NCBI GenBank assembly: GCA_002633005.1
Contig: NMRA01000022.1
Location: 929,357 to 993,356 of the forward strand
DNA length: 64,000 nucleotides
Direction: 5' to 3'
Origin: Phoronis australis
Lineage: Eukaryota > Animalia > Phoronida
In this document: positions 37,201-49,943 of the stretch, in pieces
How positions within the stretch are numbered: position 1 is the first letter of the stretch
Layout of the letters: each line of letters opens with the position of its first letter
Program-made: the position numbers and the translations under genes
The notes under the pieces: model-generated
Seen by the model: only the letters and a program-made list of their open reading frames with translations
What the model was told of the DNA's origin: nothing
Database searches by the model: none

Positions 37201-40200
37201 ATTTAATAGTCAGATTCGTGGGTTTTTCCTTTTTTTGTGCCTTTGGTACATATGTTCTGCACAAGATTGTAATATAGTTTGTTTCATCCTCAAAAATAGC
37301 ATCTTCCCATGCTCTTGTTTTGTTCAAGCATTAAGAGTCATTGATACCACTGGGTTGTTTCTTACCTTGTCCATTCTTTAAAATTATGCCTTTGTTACAT
37401 ATATTGTGTTCAAGACTTAGCTTGTTTGTTTCATGCGGTAAAAATAAGGTATAATGTGCTCGCATTTTAAGAACGGTTTTCTCCACTGAATAACGGGCAT
37501 CAAACTAGTGTTCAAATGTGGGCACGTTATATGTGACTATTACCTTCCATCCTCTGAAATTCTTTTCTCCCTCACATCTGTATGACCCGAGTATTGTTAA
37601 AAGAGTCACATCACTGGGTTGTTGCTTAACCCTATCCATTCTCTAGAGCTGTATTTTACGGTGTTCAGCTGGCTGGAAGGAAGAAATAAATTTGGCTATT
37701 TACTTTCACAAAGTTGATCTCGTTACCGTGATAGAATTCTATTTTTGTTACCAGTAAGAAAATCGAAGACATCCACGGTAAACCTTAAAGTTGCAGGATT
37801 CGAAAATGGGGCACGTATGCAGTGCTTATGACTTGAGTTACTGGCTTATTTGACAAAATATCACAATTTGATGAGTGTAGTGACATTTTTAAGCCCAAAA
37901 CTCTCCAGAATTCAACATTGGCAGCTAAATAGCAGCTGAATTCCGCTTTAAAATTATGCCATTGGTAAATATATTCTGTAGGTGTCTGTAATCTAGTTTG
38001 TTTCACCCTCGAAAATTCCTTCCTCTTCCAGGTGCAGTGTGTTGTCAGGCTGTGATGAGTACACATTTACTGGCATTTCTTCTTTTGAACAGATTTAGAC
38101 AGGTGAGGGATGTACTTTAGTCACCATAGCGATTTTCTGACTTTGCGTGATGTAGTGTATACAGTCATGTAGAACGTGTACACTCTGGAGATGTCTGGTG
38201 AGGCTCTGCTTGAGCTTGTTTGTCGCGTGTAATTTGTCAGAATTAGAAACAGATTACACACAAAGTTTTAACAGACTGAAGGCACAAAAGTGTCTATCAC
38301 CTGACCCAACAAAACAATTTCTTTCATTCACAGACATTTTGGGAGTTTGATTATTTTCGCTTGAACGTCTCATCGCAGTATCATGAAAATTTAACGAAAC
38401 AATGGTCTCAAAGAATTTAAATACTGTATTGTATCCACACGGAACACTGTGTATGGATTATCTTTTTTGCCATCTAGTGACAAGATGTATTTCACTATGT
38501 CGCCACTATATCGCAACACGGCAATTTAGTGTTTTGAACATGGTTGGATTCACAAAGTGGTGCTGCAGATGCTTCAACTAGTCATAAAACTGTTGTGAAG
38601 ATGCTCATCAGAAGTTACTGATTTGTTGTCTGATCAAATATTTGATAAGCACTATGCGTCAATGAAAAGCACGTCTCGCTATGAAAAGCTGTTCTGAACA
38701 AATATGCTAGAACTTAGCTTCATGCCTCGTTTCCCTGTTGAAATACATAATAAATAGCTTAGTTACAGGCTAGCACACAGTTCGCAATGTCTGTATGGCA
38801 ACGATTGAGCCAAGAAGTGCATTGTATATAAGTGACAAATGTGGTAGTTCTATCAGGATTTCCTGTTGTTATGTCAGGATTTCCTGTTGTCATGTCAGGA
38901 TTCCCTGTTGTCATGTCGGGATTTCCTGTTTGAAGCCTGGTACGCACAGCTTCGCCAACAGGCTTTTTTCAATTCATTTGTTGCGACATCGTCATTCTCT
39001 CCTGCCCAGCATGCACTTGGCGTTTTGCAGGGTATAACAATCAAGAGTCTTATACCTGTTTATGACTGGCTAAAAGAGGAGATCAATATCCGCGGACGAG
39101 ACGTGGGCTTTGTTGGCAAGACTGAGGATGTTGTGAAGTACTCATGTCAACTACTGGGTGAAGACTTGGTCACCTTGAACAGGCGTGTGGTACAGCCCAA
39201 GTAAGAACTGTAGCAGTTGTTGTGTGATGTTGGGTGAAGATTTCCTTACTGAGCCGAATAATGAAATAGCAAAAGTGGGGTCCCAGATTTTGAGAATCAG
39301 TTTCCTCCACTCAATAACTGCATCTGGTTTAAAATTTCAAAATCTGGGATACCTGTACGTGCCTATTGCCCAAAAGTGAATGATACAGTTGGGGAGTCGC
39401 TACTCCAGAGGTGCATATGAAGAAAAGTCCTCTCTTTGATATCTGTCTTGAATAGATTGAGTGCAGAAGGCAGTTCATCAGCAGGCGGGCAACGTTATTT
39501 TGTCTTCTGGGAGACAATCCTGGGCTGTAAGTAGAGATTGGCCAAAGTGAGCGATGTTGCTGTATGTTGACTGTTGAGTGGAGACGTGGTCACAAACAAG
39601 AGAGATTGAACAGATTAACAGAGAACAGAAGAAGTGGAAAGTCACTGTTTTAGTAGATATGTGGGCTAACAGTCCTGTTGCAGGACTCAATAATAGTTAC
39701 ATTTAGGGGTCTGTCTCACATTGTTTTTGGGTTTGGACACCAATGTTGTGCTCATGCCAAGTGTCCACAGAATCCAGAAGATGAACTTAAAAAGCTCCTC
39801 AGATGATCTACAGTGCATTGGAAGCCTAAACAAATCATTACAGTGCATTGGAAGCCTAAACAAATCATTACAGTGCATTGGTACTGGTTGCCTAAAGTAA
39901 TCACTACAGTGCATTGGTTGCCTAAAGTAATCACTACAGTGCATTGGTTGCCTAAAGTAATCACTACAGTGCATTGGTTGCCTTAAGTAATCACTACAGT
40001 GCATTGGTTGCCTAAAGTAATCACTACTACTGTTTCCCCGTCATGACGGCTTAGTCTGTTAGTAACAAAATGATTGGTGCTAACTATTACAGTGGCAAAG
40101 TTCTTATTACAGGCCTAATGCTGTGTCACCTTTAATAATGACTTTCCTGTTAATTGCCTTTTATTCTCTGTCATGAGAGAAGGCTTCTACTTTAAGAATG

Positions 40201-43200
40201 AATTTGACTTCCACCCAGTCGCCATGGTGGGGAATTCCATTTGTCTGCATACATGTACTTTTGGCGTGTACTCTATGAATCCTACTGTTGAATTTTTCCT
40301 CTGCCTTCCTTTCGGTGTTTTAATTCTGTCCTGTTTCGCACGCTAGCGGTGTGACAGACACAGTGGAGGAGGTTGAGTTGAAGCCAACGTCAGATCTGTC
40401 AGGCATTCTTCAGTTGTTCTACTACAGCAATAACCTCATCAGTGTGTTTATACTGGAGAGTGTTATTGGTAAGTACATTCTGGGTTACAGCATGCTTATG
40501 TTGCTATGTACAGGGTGTTGGAACGATTCCATAGCCAAGCGAATTGAGCCATGTTGTCGCATCGACTCCTTTACAGGTTAACAGCTGTTAAAGTTGTCTA
40601 GCTAAATAATTATTTTAATTGATAAACCGGACAATTTACAAATTGTGTCGAAGGGGTGATGCTCTGATATCCAGAGGACTGCTGGAGGATGAGTCAGGAC
40701 AACTGATTGGTCCCGTATTGCTACCAAGCCTGGTGTTTGTAAATTCAAAATGAAGTGAAAGGTCAAGGTTCGCGCCCATAGACAACTAAGCGCAATTAAA
40801 ATTTTTTAATTGAGTTTGTATAGTCTGCCATCTGTTTTTCACCTAAGATCTTCAATATTCTACCTGGTAAATACCTGCCCCATGGTATGATATAATTTTG
40901 AATTAATATTATCAATTGAAAGAATATTAATAGTGCATCTTTCTCTAAATGGTTCATAACATCAACAAATAACTCTTTGAGGGGTTTTTGTGATCATTGT
41001 ACCCTTTGTTCTACGTATCCTTCAAAACATTGTTACTGGATAATGGGGCTCTAAAAAAACTTGTTAGTGAAAGATTTAATGTATTCATCTAGTCAACAGC
41101 TTTTGAAATTACAGTTTTAATATCATTATTTTTGGCAAAACTAAAGAGTGGGCTAGTGTAGTGTGTTTGGTAAGTCACGGTGCTATTGGCCACATCATGT
41201 CCATCTTCCAATACATTCTGAAAGAATAAACTATAGTAAGGCTGTGGAATTTGATTTTTGACTTTTTGTAAAGATGAAATTAAATGGGTTAATGATTGTG
41301 TCTTTTTTAGTAAATTTTAACAACGCTCTGAGGTACATTGATAGCAAAGAACAGTATCAATACCATGACCAAATTAACCAATGAAATTTTGTTTCGTATA
41401 AAATAATGAACTCTCATTGTCTGCTGGAATTTTTCAGATTTTTCACGAAGACCATAAAAATCCTGTTTTTGGTTAACCTCTCATTCACTGTATGTTGGAG
41501 AAGTCAGAGTGCTTAAAGGATAGTTCGTGAACGTTTCATGTGAATTCAGAGTGCTTAAAGGATAGTTCTTGAACGTTTCATGTGAATTCAGAGTGCTTTA
41601 AAAGGATAGTTCTTGAACGTTTCATGTGAATTCAGAGTGCTTAAAGGATAGTTCTTGAACGTTTCATGTGAATTCAGAGTGCTTAAAGGATAGTTCTTGA
41701 ACGTTTCATGTGAATTCAGAGTGCTTAAAGGATAGTTCTTGAACGTTTCATGTGAATTCAGAGTGCTTAAAGGATAGTTCTTGAACGTTTCATGTGAATT
41801 CAGAGTGCTTAAAGGATAGTTCTTGAACGTTTCATGTGAATTCAGAGTGCTTAAAGGATAGTTCTTGAACGTTTCATGTGAATTCAGAGTGCTTAAAGGA
41901 TAGTTCTTGAACGTTTCATGTGAATTCGATCCATTTTTCTTTGATATGATGCTCCAAAGTCAAATTTGGTCATTTTTCTAGGGTCNNNNNNNNNNNNNNN
42001 NNNNNNNNNNNNNNNNNNNNNNNNNNNNNNNNNNNNNNNNNNNNNNNNNNNNNNNNNNNNNNNNNNNNNNNNNNNNNNNNNNNNNNNNNNNNNNNNNNNN
42101 NNNNNNNNNNNNNNNNNNNNNNNNNNNNNNNNNNNNNNNNNNNNNNNNNNNNNNNNNNNNNNNNNNNNNNNNNNNNNNNNNNNNNNNNNNNNCAGGGCTC
42201 GACGCTATTAAAATCGCCAGGTCGCATTTTGCGACCTAGCCAGAATCCCAGGTCGCATTTCCAAAATCCAGCTCGCATTCATAAATGCCAGGTCGCAAAT
42301 TTTCCCGCCATTTTTACGCGCCAAAATTGATTTTAGATCATCGAGAAAATGTTTAGATTATGCTCTTTCCTGCCGCGTTAAATACTCACAAATTTCAGAT
42401 CCCAAAACTGACGTCGTTCATGCAGGTACGGCGTTAATGTTCTTCACGACCGCCATTGAAAGTCTCTAGAGCGCAAGTCAAGTTCCCGACGTGAAAGTTG
42501 AATTAGTGCTCTCTAACTGACACGTGCATTCGAGTAGCTAAGTTTGCGATTTGAAAAGGGAGAAAATGCCCGTTGAAAAAGTATCCGGGATTTTGCTAGG
42601 TCTGACCTGCTACTGGCTGTCATCAAAGTCGTTAAAGATTCAAAGTAACTCCGAGGGCAAATTCCCTCCGCTTTTTGTTCGCAGGCCGAATTATGCAACT
42701 TAATGACTCATGTTTGAAAAACGTCTGCCGCCAAAAAATCCGTGAAACGATGCTTTAACCGAATAAACAATTCAGTGCAAATTTCACAACAAAAATGTGG
42801 TACTTATGCTGTTTACGTACTCAACAATTAGTTTTCCATGAAGTGAATAGCCTCCAAATAATTCCCGACTCCCTCCGTGCGAGTTTCCATCCGATAATGG
42901 CAAGTTTGCTCAATACCTTCCAGGTACGGGAAAACTAGGTCAGTCTGTTCTCAGTTAGTGGTCTTTTAAACTTGGATTTGGCAACAACCAAGTAATGGTC
43001 GGATTAACACTAGTTGCTTTATATTTGCCAGGTATCTGTTGAGAAGTGTAAAAACTCAGCTCGCATTCCTTGGAAATTCTAGGTCGCATTTTGCGACTTG
43101 ATACGAGCTGACAAAAATCTCAGCTCGCATTTCCAAATTTCAGGTCGCAAATGCGACCTGCAGCTCGTTATGTCGAGCCCTGAATATGACTCATGTTCGG

Positions 43201-46200
43201 CTCAAGTGTGCTTTGGCAAAATGTAACCTTGTGTTATTATGCGGCCACATATTTACACATATATGCATATTGCCATCATCTCTGTCTGGGCATCTGGTGT
43301 CTGCTGCTGTATCTTCTAAACCACTTGCAGGATCTCTTTGAAATTGGACAGATGTGTTTCCATGAAGCTGACGACAGGTGACAATGAATTTCGGACCAAT
43401 CCGAGGGCTGCTGATTCCCCCTAATGGCAATTTTAGATTCTTACATTTCCCTTTGGATCATCAGGAGTTCTAAATGGATTTCCATTAAATTCGATGACAA
43501 TGCCATTTCATTTTCAGACAAGTAATTTGACAGATTTTGCGCCACCTTTTGGATTTTTTTGTTATTTTTGCTTAGTACGTTTTCTGGCGTCTGCCTCTCT
43601 GTCTGGCAAACTGCTCAAAGGATCATAATTATGAAAATTTACAGATGTTATCCTGACTATGTCTCTCCCTTGTGATGCCCACCTCTTTATCTGCTAAACT
43701 ACTCCAAGGATTATTATGTAAATTGACGGTTGTGGTTCTGATGCAAAGATTGCAGCTGATGTTGATTTTTGGATGGTTTTGTCTACTTTGACACCCCCTA
43801 GGGGCAGTTTTGATTTTTTTTCTGCTAAACTGGAGTTGAACATTAAAGTAGAACTTGCACGTCAATTTTCCATATCTCTTTGATCGCTTGGTCAGTTTAG
43901 TTAGAAACACAACATATAGCGAGGATATGAATATGAAGTAGGTTGAAAATTGCCAAATATTTTTAAGATTGAGTTTTTTGTTGAAAATGATCCACCGTCA
44001 ATCACTCAACTGTGTCCAATAAGTATCGTGACGTGGTGTTGGGGAATAACACTATATGTTATGCAACCCCCCAAGGTACGTCATTAGTGCAAAGGTGACC
44101 TATTTGCAAAATATTTTGTTTTCACATTTACAAGCTGTCAGTGAATACAGCTGCGTTTTGTTTAGCGTAGGAGATATTTAAATAGCTTATTGTCACATAG
44201 TTCCTGCTATACATTAACATAGTTAAGAGCATGCAAATACATCTTTAACATAACACTTTTCATTTGCCTGGAATTTTAGATGTAATAGTTTCTCATTCAC
44301 ATCACATGTGGGTTCCCTAATTTAGAACCAGTTTCTTCACTGAATAACGAGCTTTATTGTTTACCGCTTTGGGGGCACACTAGTGACACACTTGTCAGCG
44401 AAGTCCAAGTAATCCAAAATAGAGCCGCCAGGGCTATCCTGGGTACTAGAATTAGGGACACTAGGATTGACGACTTGTATTCCAAGCTGGGATTTATGAA
44501 AGTAAGACAAAGAAATAAATATCTCTCTGCCTGTTGTATGTACAGATGTATCAGTGGCTTGGCTCCAGCTTATCTCAGCAGTAAATTCAATAGCAGTTAG
44601 GCTGTATATTCTACACGTTCTTCTGTTGCTGGCAATGTTTCTTCTAAAAAAATTAAAACCGAGACGGGCAAAAGATCTTTTAATTATGCAGCTGCTATAA
44701 TATGGAATTCTCTTAGCCCAGAAATTAAATGGTCCAATTCAATTACTGCCTTCAAAGTAAATATTAAAAAGTGGCTGTAATTTACCTAACCTTTTATACC
44801 CTGCCTGTCTTAACCATGTCATTTTTCATTGTCGTAAATACTCTCTCTGTCTAGAGTCATCTCTTAATTTATTTCATATGACTTTGTTAAATTTTTACCA
44901 TTATTCGTCATTTAGTTATTGTCTTAATTCTCAACCTGTTTTAATTGTGTCTTTGTTACGCATATTTCATTGTTGTTTTATTACTTCATTGTATTATATT
45001 ATATTACTGTTTTTCTTGTTGAGGGCCCTCTTGGAAAGCAGTGCTATCACTGAAGAGGCCACCCTCATTTTAAATATCACAATAATAAATAAATAAATAA
45101 ATAAATAAATAAACTGGTTATCAAAATTTGGGACCTCTGTAGGTGACTATTGCTCACATGTGCTGCGTTATGTTTGCTCAGCTCAATACAGACTGGGATG
45201 TTGCCATGGAGAAGCTACAATTCCTGAGGAACATCATCTCGCCATTCGTGGAGTCCTATTGGTTGGTTTGCTGTCAGCTGATCAAACTTGTTGCCACTGA
45301 CATGCCAGGTATGTGTGTAATCTTTACAGTAGGGACTAAGGAAATAATAGGATGAAATCCCACCAATTTTCTCTCATTTTTAACACTGTCTGGTGGTAGC
45401 CTGCCACTAAACAATGTTTTGAGAAGTTATGAGAATTCACAACAATGTTAAAAAACTAATTGGCAAATGAAAGAATGTTACTTTTGACGTCTTTCAGAAA
45501 TTGGTGAGATTTTAAAACTGAAGAGGAGGAAAAATGTGTACCTTAACTCTTTAGACAAGAGTGATAATTATGATGTCTAACTCATTTATTGAAGTAAGAA
45601 ATCCAATCCGTGCCAACGTTATAAAAACAGCTTCTTGTTTCAAGTGATTGCTAAGTTGGCTATCAAAATGTAAGGATGTGTCCACCAGATTTAGCATCAT
45701 AATTTAAATCTTCACTGCCTGTTGTCTGTATTCACACAAGTAATCTTGGTGCGTCTTAAAGTGCTTAAAATTACTGATTTCACATCAAAATACCAAAAGA
45801 CAATCTTACCAGTCCATCAGCCACAACCACTACATGACGGTGTGTTAATTACCTTCACTCTAGTTACGGGCATTAATTGGTCGACACATACTACATAGAA
45901 TTGTGACAACCAATCACAGCACTAGTTAGGTACTGCTACTCGTTTTCTTGTGGTTTATGGCATAATAAAGAATGATGAAGAGTTGCATTGGTGGTTGTTA
46001 CAACTCAGTATTTGAGCGCATTGTGACATTTTACTTCCCCGCGGGATATCAGAGAAGCCTGCATATGGCACAAGTTTGTACAAGAAACTGGCGAGTAGGT
46101 GGACACGAGAATGGGTGCATTAACACGCCACACTCATGTCCGTGGAGCTGAGAAGCTTTCAGTTGGTTTTCTCCTGTGTTCTTGTTTTATGGCATTCAGT

Positions 46201-48330
46201 GGTATAAAGGAAGATTTAGTGATGTTGACAATGTATGGTATTCACTTGTCAAAACAAGGTAAATGGTGGTTTTAAACACTTAAACCTAATTTTCAGCCAC
46301 ACATTGCGCCATTTTTAAAAACCTACTTTTTCTCAAATACAGGTTTTTTAACATCACATGTCAGAATTCAAATTTTATACAATTACAAATTGTACGGAGT
46401 GGGATTCATTGGTTGCTTCTCTGGTGACATTTGTCGTGTCTCCATTTAATATTCTGTTTAGAAGTTAGTTGTTTTGACTTAACACAGTAATTACGGTATT
46501 GATTTTTCAGAGTCAGATTTCTTGAACGATATTCAGAAACTTGCCATTGAAAGAGTCAAAACAGATGTAGCTACTTATGGTGAGTTTGCCAAGACTAGAT
46601 TTGTCTTAAACATTACGTCTTTGAGTGGGGAATGTGTTTCTTCATCATTCAAATGCCTACATGTAAACACCTCAACGGAAGTTAAGAAATTTGTGTTCAC
46701 TGGCTCGTGTTTTTATCATTTTTGGTTTATTATAATTAAATCATGTTCTATACCAATGGAAAGTCCAATCATTCCCCTTTCCAACGATACCACAGTCCGT
46801 TAATAAATGTTTAATATTGTTTAGAAACATTGCTGCCAAAAAAGGCTTGGAATCAAAGTGAATGTTGCAAGATCATTTGGAACTAAATAATTCAAATTTG
46901 AGCATTCAGGCTTTTCAATAGCAATTACAGTGCTGGTTCCATGGTAATAAAAACCTATTATAATTTGGCAACGCTTAAACACTTTATTCATTGAACAACT
47001 GACTGCTAGACAGTGGTGATAGTCTGACTGATAGACAACAGTAACAGTCTTTTCAGTATCCGGTTGATGAACCTTTCACACCCACACAGTCACCTTCTTC
47101 ACATGCTGTTTACTAGCCTGGCAACGCGTTGCCGTGTGATGGCATTCCACTCCTGAGTCAGTAAGCGCCTTAAATCAGCCACAGTGATTTTGTTGGTCAC
47201 TCGCCCACGTATTGCCCATCCGAGATGGTACCACAGGTGTTCGATAAGGTTCAAGTCTGGACTGCATGCGGGTCATTTGGAGCCAGAACACCAGATTTTC
47301 ACATGTGAAGAAAGCTGCAAACTGGGCACTCCAAACACAATTTACATTGCGATTCCAGTATGGAGCCTGCTAATAACAGGAGTTCCATGCTATCAATCAG
47401 TGTCTCACAAATTTGGTGTTTACCCAAGCCCCGCTCCTGGTGTTAATCACCAGGACATCACAGGTGATGACACAGCTTGGCAAAAACAAAGAAATTTAAA
47501 TATTCAGCTCTCTATGGCAGCAAAATTAGAGTACTATATAAAAATTATTTACCAAATGTGGTATTGTTGGAAAGGGAAATGTCCAAGTATTCCATTTGTA
47601 TGCAACATGATGTAAATAAACCAAAAGTAATGAAAACACGGACGAGTGAACACAAATTTCCAAAATTGTTGAGGAGTTTACATGAACAATGCAGACCTGT
47701 GTATGGGTATTTGTATGGATGTATACATTGCCTGCAAGAAAAGTGCAAGTACAGACAAGTTGGATGACCTATTTTGTTTCTGTATTACAGTACTTAATTG
47801 TATGTCCGCAAATACTGCTTTTTGGTGGTACACAGGTCTGACAGTTGTTTTACCCATTTGTATGCTTACATTACAACAACATTTTGTGGGAGATTTTTGC
47901 ATGCATTTTGGATTATTTCCTTCTTAAATTCCAGTAATGAAATCTATTTTACATTTTGATTCAGGTGAGCACGTGTGCTAAGCGTTTTTCACAACATAGT
48001 TTGGTTCGTTGTGGATTTCTGTCTAATCGTCCTACTTTACCTGAAATTCACCTGGATAACATTTGGGGTGCTGCAAAGACCAATGTGATGCATGTCATGA
48101 GACTTAGGCTCACAAATTTCAGTACAACTTCTTTTCGCTTCTTTTTTTTTCTTCCAGCTGAAAGTGCTGCACACGAATCTATTAAAAACGGTGTGAGAGC
48201 TTTGCAGAGGATGAATGTGATCAGCCTGTACATCGTGGCTGATGTCAAAATGCTCTCCCTCACTGATGCATACCAGTCAAAAGACAAAGTCTTGGAGCTG
48301 GTGTCCCTGGTGGAGACTTACAAACCCTGA
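22251..48330 (+). CDS. GPAM: Glycerol-3-phosphate acyltransferase 1, mitochondrial (multi-exon)
   Basis: GT-AG coding exons: 22251-22457, 24137-24250, 25435-25657, 26800-26908, 27722-27818, 29314-29450, 30255-30351, 31151-31280, 34521-34603, 35317-35430, 36505-36697, 38032-38102, 39031-39200, 40347-40468, [missing exon(s)], 45182-45308, 46511-46579, 48158-48330. Phases are consistent except across the missing part. Acyltransferase motifs are present: HKSHLDY (HxxxxD), GGFFIRR, FFIEGGRSRNGK and IVPVSISYEK. The N-terminal RRPFMGLTCSQCTPDS is GPAT1-type. Confidence 0.93.
25655..25841. repeat. 30-bp minisatellite x6 (caggtgtctagtattgtactggtcattcca) starting at a GPAM exon donor site
   Basis: Head-to-tail copies. 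The first copy overlaps the exon/intron boundary at 25657/25658. Confidence 0.95.
32361..33948. mobile_element. ~1.6-kb intronic TIR element (Harbinger-like ends)
   Basis: The left end gccccggtct...caatctc..tactcagactcga..catgctcagactc mirrors the right end gagtatgagtatgagcctgacagagattgcagaccgggcccc. No intact ORF inside. Confidence 0.55.
34715..34880 (+). mobile_element. MITE family A copy
   Basis: Similar to 7190-7330 and the reverse of 63848-64000. Flanks are ctcac/cttac. Confidence 0.75.
38853..38930. repeat. 21-bp tandem repeat, about 3.5 copies (tcaggatttcctgttgtcatg)
   Basis: Visible directly. It generates the spurious (TTGNPDM)n ORF. Confidence 0.85.
39808..40027. repeat. 30-bp minisatellite, about 7 copies (tacagtgcattggttgcctaaagtaatcac), two sub-variants
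   Basis: Visible head-to-tail copies. They generate the spurious (MHCSDYFRQP)n ORF. Confidence 0.9.
41505..41926. repeat. 42-bp minisatellite x10 (cagagtgcttaaaggatagttcttgaacgtttcatgtgaatt)
   Basis: Near-identical tandem units with no spacers, lying just before the N-gap at 41986-42192. Confidence 0.95.
42193..43182. mobile_element. ~1-kb non-autonomous hAT-like element (TIR cagggctcgac...gtcgagccctg)
   Basis: An 11-bp TIR beginning CAGGG, plus clustered subterminal motifs (caggtcgcattt, ggtcgcattttgcgac) at both ends. The left TSD is hidden by the gap. Confidence 0.7.
44370..45113 (+). mobile_element. 5'-truncated CR1/L2-group LINE 3' end with (AAAT)n tail
   Basis: Translates VQVIQNRAARAILG...LYSKLGF...MYRCISGLAPAYLS...GKRSFNYAAAIIWNSL...FKVNIKKWL*, followed by a 3'UTR and (aaat)n at ~45081-45113. 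Confidence 0.85.
46666..47678 (-). mobile_element. Internally deleted Tc1-like transposon
   Basis: Long imperfect TIRs (aacacctcaac..aaatttgtgttcact..cgtgtttt / aaaacacg..agtgaacacaaattt..gttgaggagtt) are flanked by TA. The minus strand at ~47060-47275 encodes PACSPDLNLIEHLW...DLRRLLTQEWNAITRQRVARLVNSM, the Tc1 SPDLNPIE motif. Confidence 0.85.
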
Positions 48331-49156
48331 AGTGACCCCTGGTGGAGACCTTCAAGTTCTGAGGTGGGATTCTTGTACAGGAGAGAGGGGTCATATGAGT
48401 AATATGGTCAAGCTTCAAATAGATGCCAGTTTTCTCACAGTTGGTCTCTAAAATAAGCTGAAGGATTATGTAATGCGTGCCAGTCCTCCAGTAATCCCAA
48501 GCATATTGCACCAGCTAGGGGTCCTACATTTTGAGAACCAGTTTGTTGACCATTATTTAATGTCAAAAACTGGTTCTCAAAATGCAAGGCCTTGCCAGTG
48601 ACTATTACCAGGTCTGTCAGTTTATTTGATGGGTGCTATAGCAATGGAGAAGATTAGTAACAGTAGAATGAGCGGTATTTTGCTGTTTCGTTGCGGCATT
48701 TTGCTGTTTGGTTGTTAATTTGCGAGCACAGAAAATGGAACTGATGCGGTTATAATACTTAACTGATACTACAAAATTACGTTTGTTATCAATGGCGTGA
48801 TGCTTTTGTGGAGTTGGAGTGGAGTTGTGTCTTTTAAAAAAGATTCATTTGACAATTGGAAGTGGGATTAGTACAAAGAACATGTCAGTTTTGACTAGAT
48901 ATAAACATCTACAATCCATATGACTACTTAGAAGTTAAGTAATATGTGACATGATGACATCTGATCATTTTTAGATGATATTACGTGTACCAATAAGAGA
49001 TTTTCGTAATAGATACTTTATGCTTCTACGTCAAGGTAGCTAAATATGTTGAAAACTATTGTTAACCAATGTTCAGTTTGAAGGTACTCTAGTTCCACAT
49101 GTATATGCAAGTTGTACGTTGTTTGTTTTGGTGGTAATGGGGGTTTTAACATGCAT

Positions 49157-49162
49157 AATAAA
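49157..49162 (+). terminator. Candidate polyadenylation signal (AATAAA) for GPAM
   Basis: AATAAA about 830 nt downstream of the stop codon, followed by T/GT-rich sequence. Confidence 0.4.
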
Positions 49163-49693
49163 CTTGCGTTTTATTTGTCTTCATTGTATTTTGATAATTT
49201 AAGTTTACTTAGAACATACCCAGAATGAGAAGTGCACTGCTGTGACAGGCTTCCCAGCCTTTGGGTTGGATTATCACTAGGAAACGTTGCCTCCTTTCCC
49301 GGTCGTCACCCTTATGCGGAAGTGGGATTAAAGCAGAATAGATTTCGCATTAGTTGGTTAGCTCATTGGTTTGGACATTTGCTGTCGGATGCAATTTGCC
49401 ATCAGTACTTTATAACTGGCACAAGCTGTTTAGACAAAATAGCAGGGCCCACTGGCTAATCTCTGAACTTAGACTTTTCTCATCGAACTCAAACAGGTAA
49501 AATCAATAACAGTGTATTATTGGAGTACTAATACGAGAATTTACTGAAAGTGCCATGCATTGTGGTTGATTTGAGAATTGGTTTTTGAGTGCCTAGATTT
49601 CAGTTTGCCTGTTGACAGAAATCATTCCGAATTTTGGCTGGCAACATGCTTGGTGATCATGACAACAATACACATTCAATCTTAGCTATCTCC

Positions 49694-49943
49694 CATGCGC
49701 GTACCCAGGGGGGTGGGGCTCGGGGGCTCGAAGGAGCCCCCCAATTGGAGAAGTGGGCAAAAAGGTCCGCCCCCGAGAGACAAAAAGTCCGAGCAAATGG
49801 GACAAAAGTCCACTAAATAAGCGCAAAGTCGCAATTCCCAGAGGTGCTTCCGTTTTTTTTTAGTCCGCCCGTTCTTTTGTTAGCAAATGGTCAACAACGT
49901 CGGGAATTCGAACCCCCCATATCGAAGGCTGGGTGCGCGCATG
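49694..49943. mobile_element. MITE family B copy with 5-bp TSD (tctcc)
   Basis: TIR catgcgcgtacccag...ctgggtgcgcgcatg. The pentamer tctcc lies at 49689-49693 and 49944-49948. Confidence 0.8.

Noticed and set aside
41505-41926. 42-bp repeats as a CRISPR array
   Set aside because: Head-to-tail intronic minisatellite without spacers.
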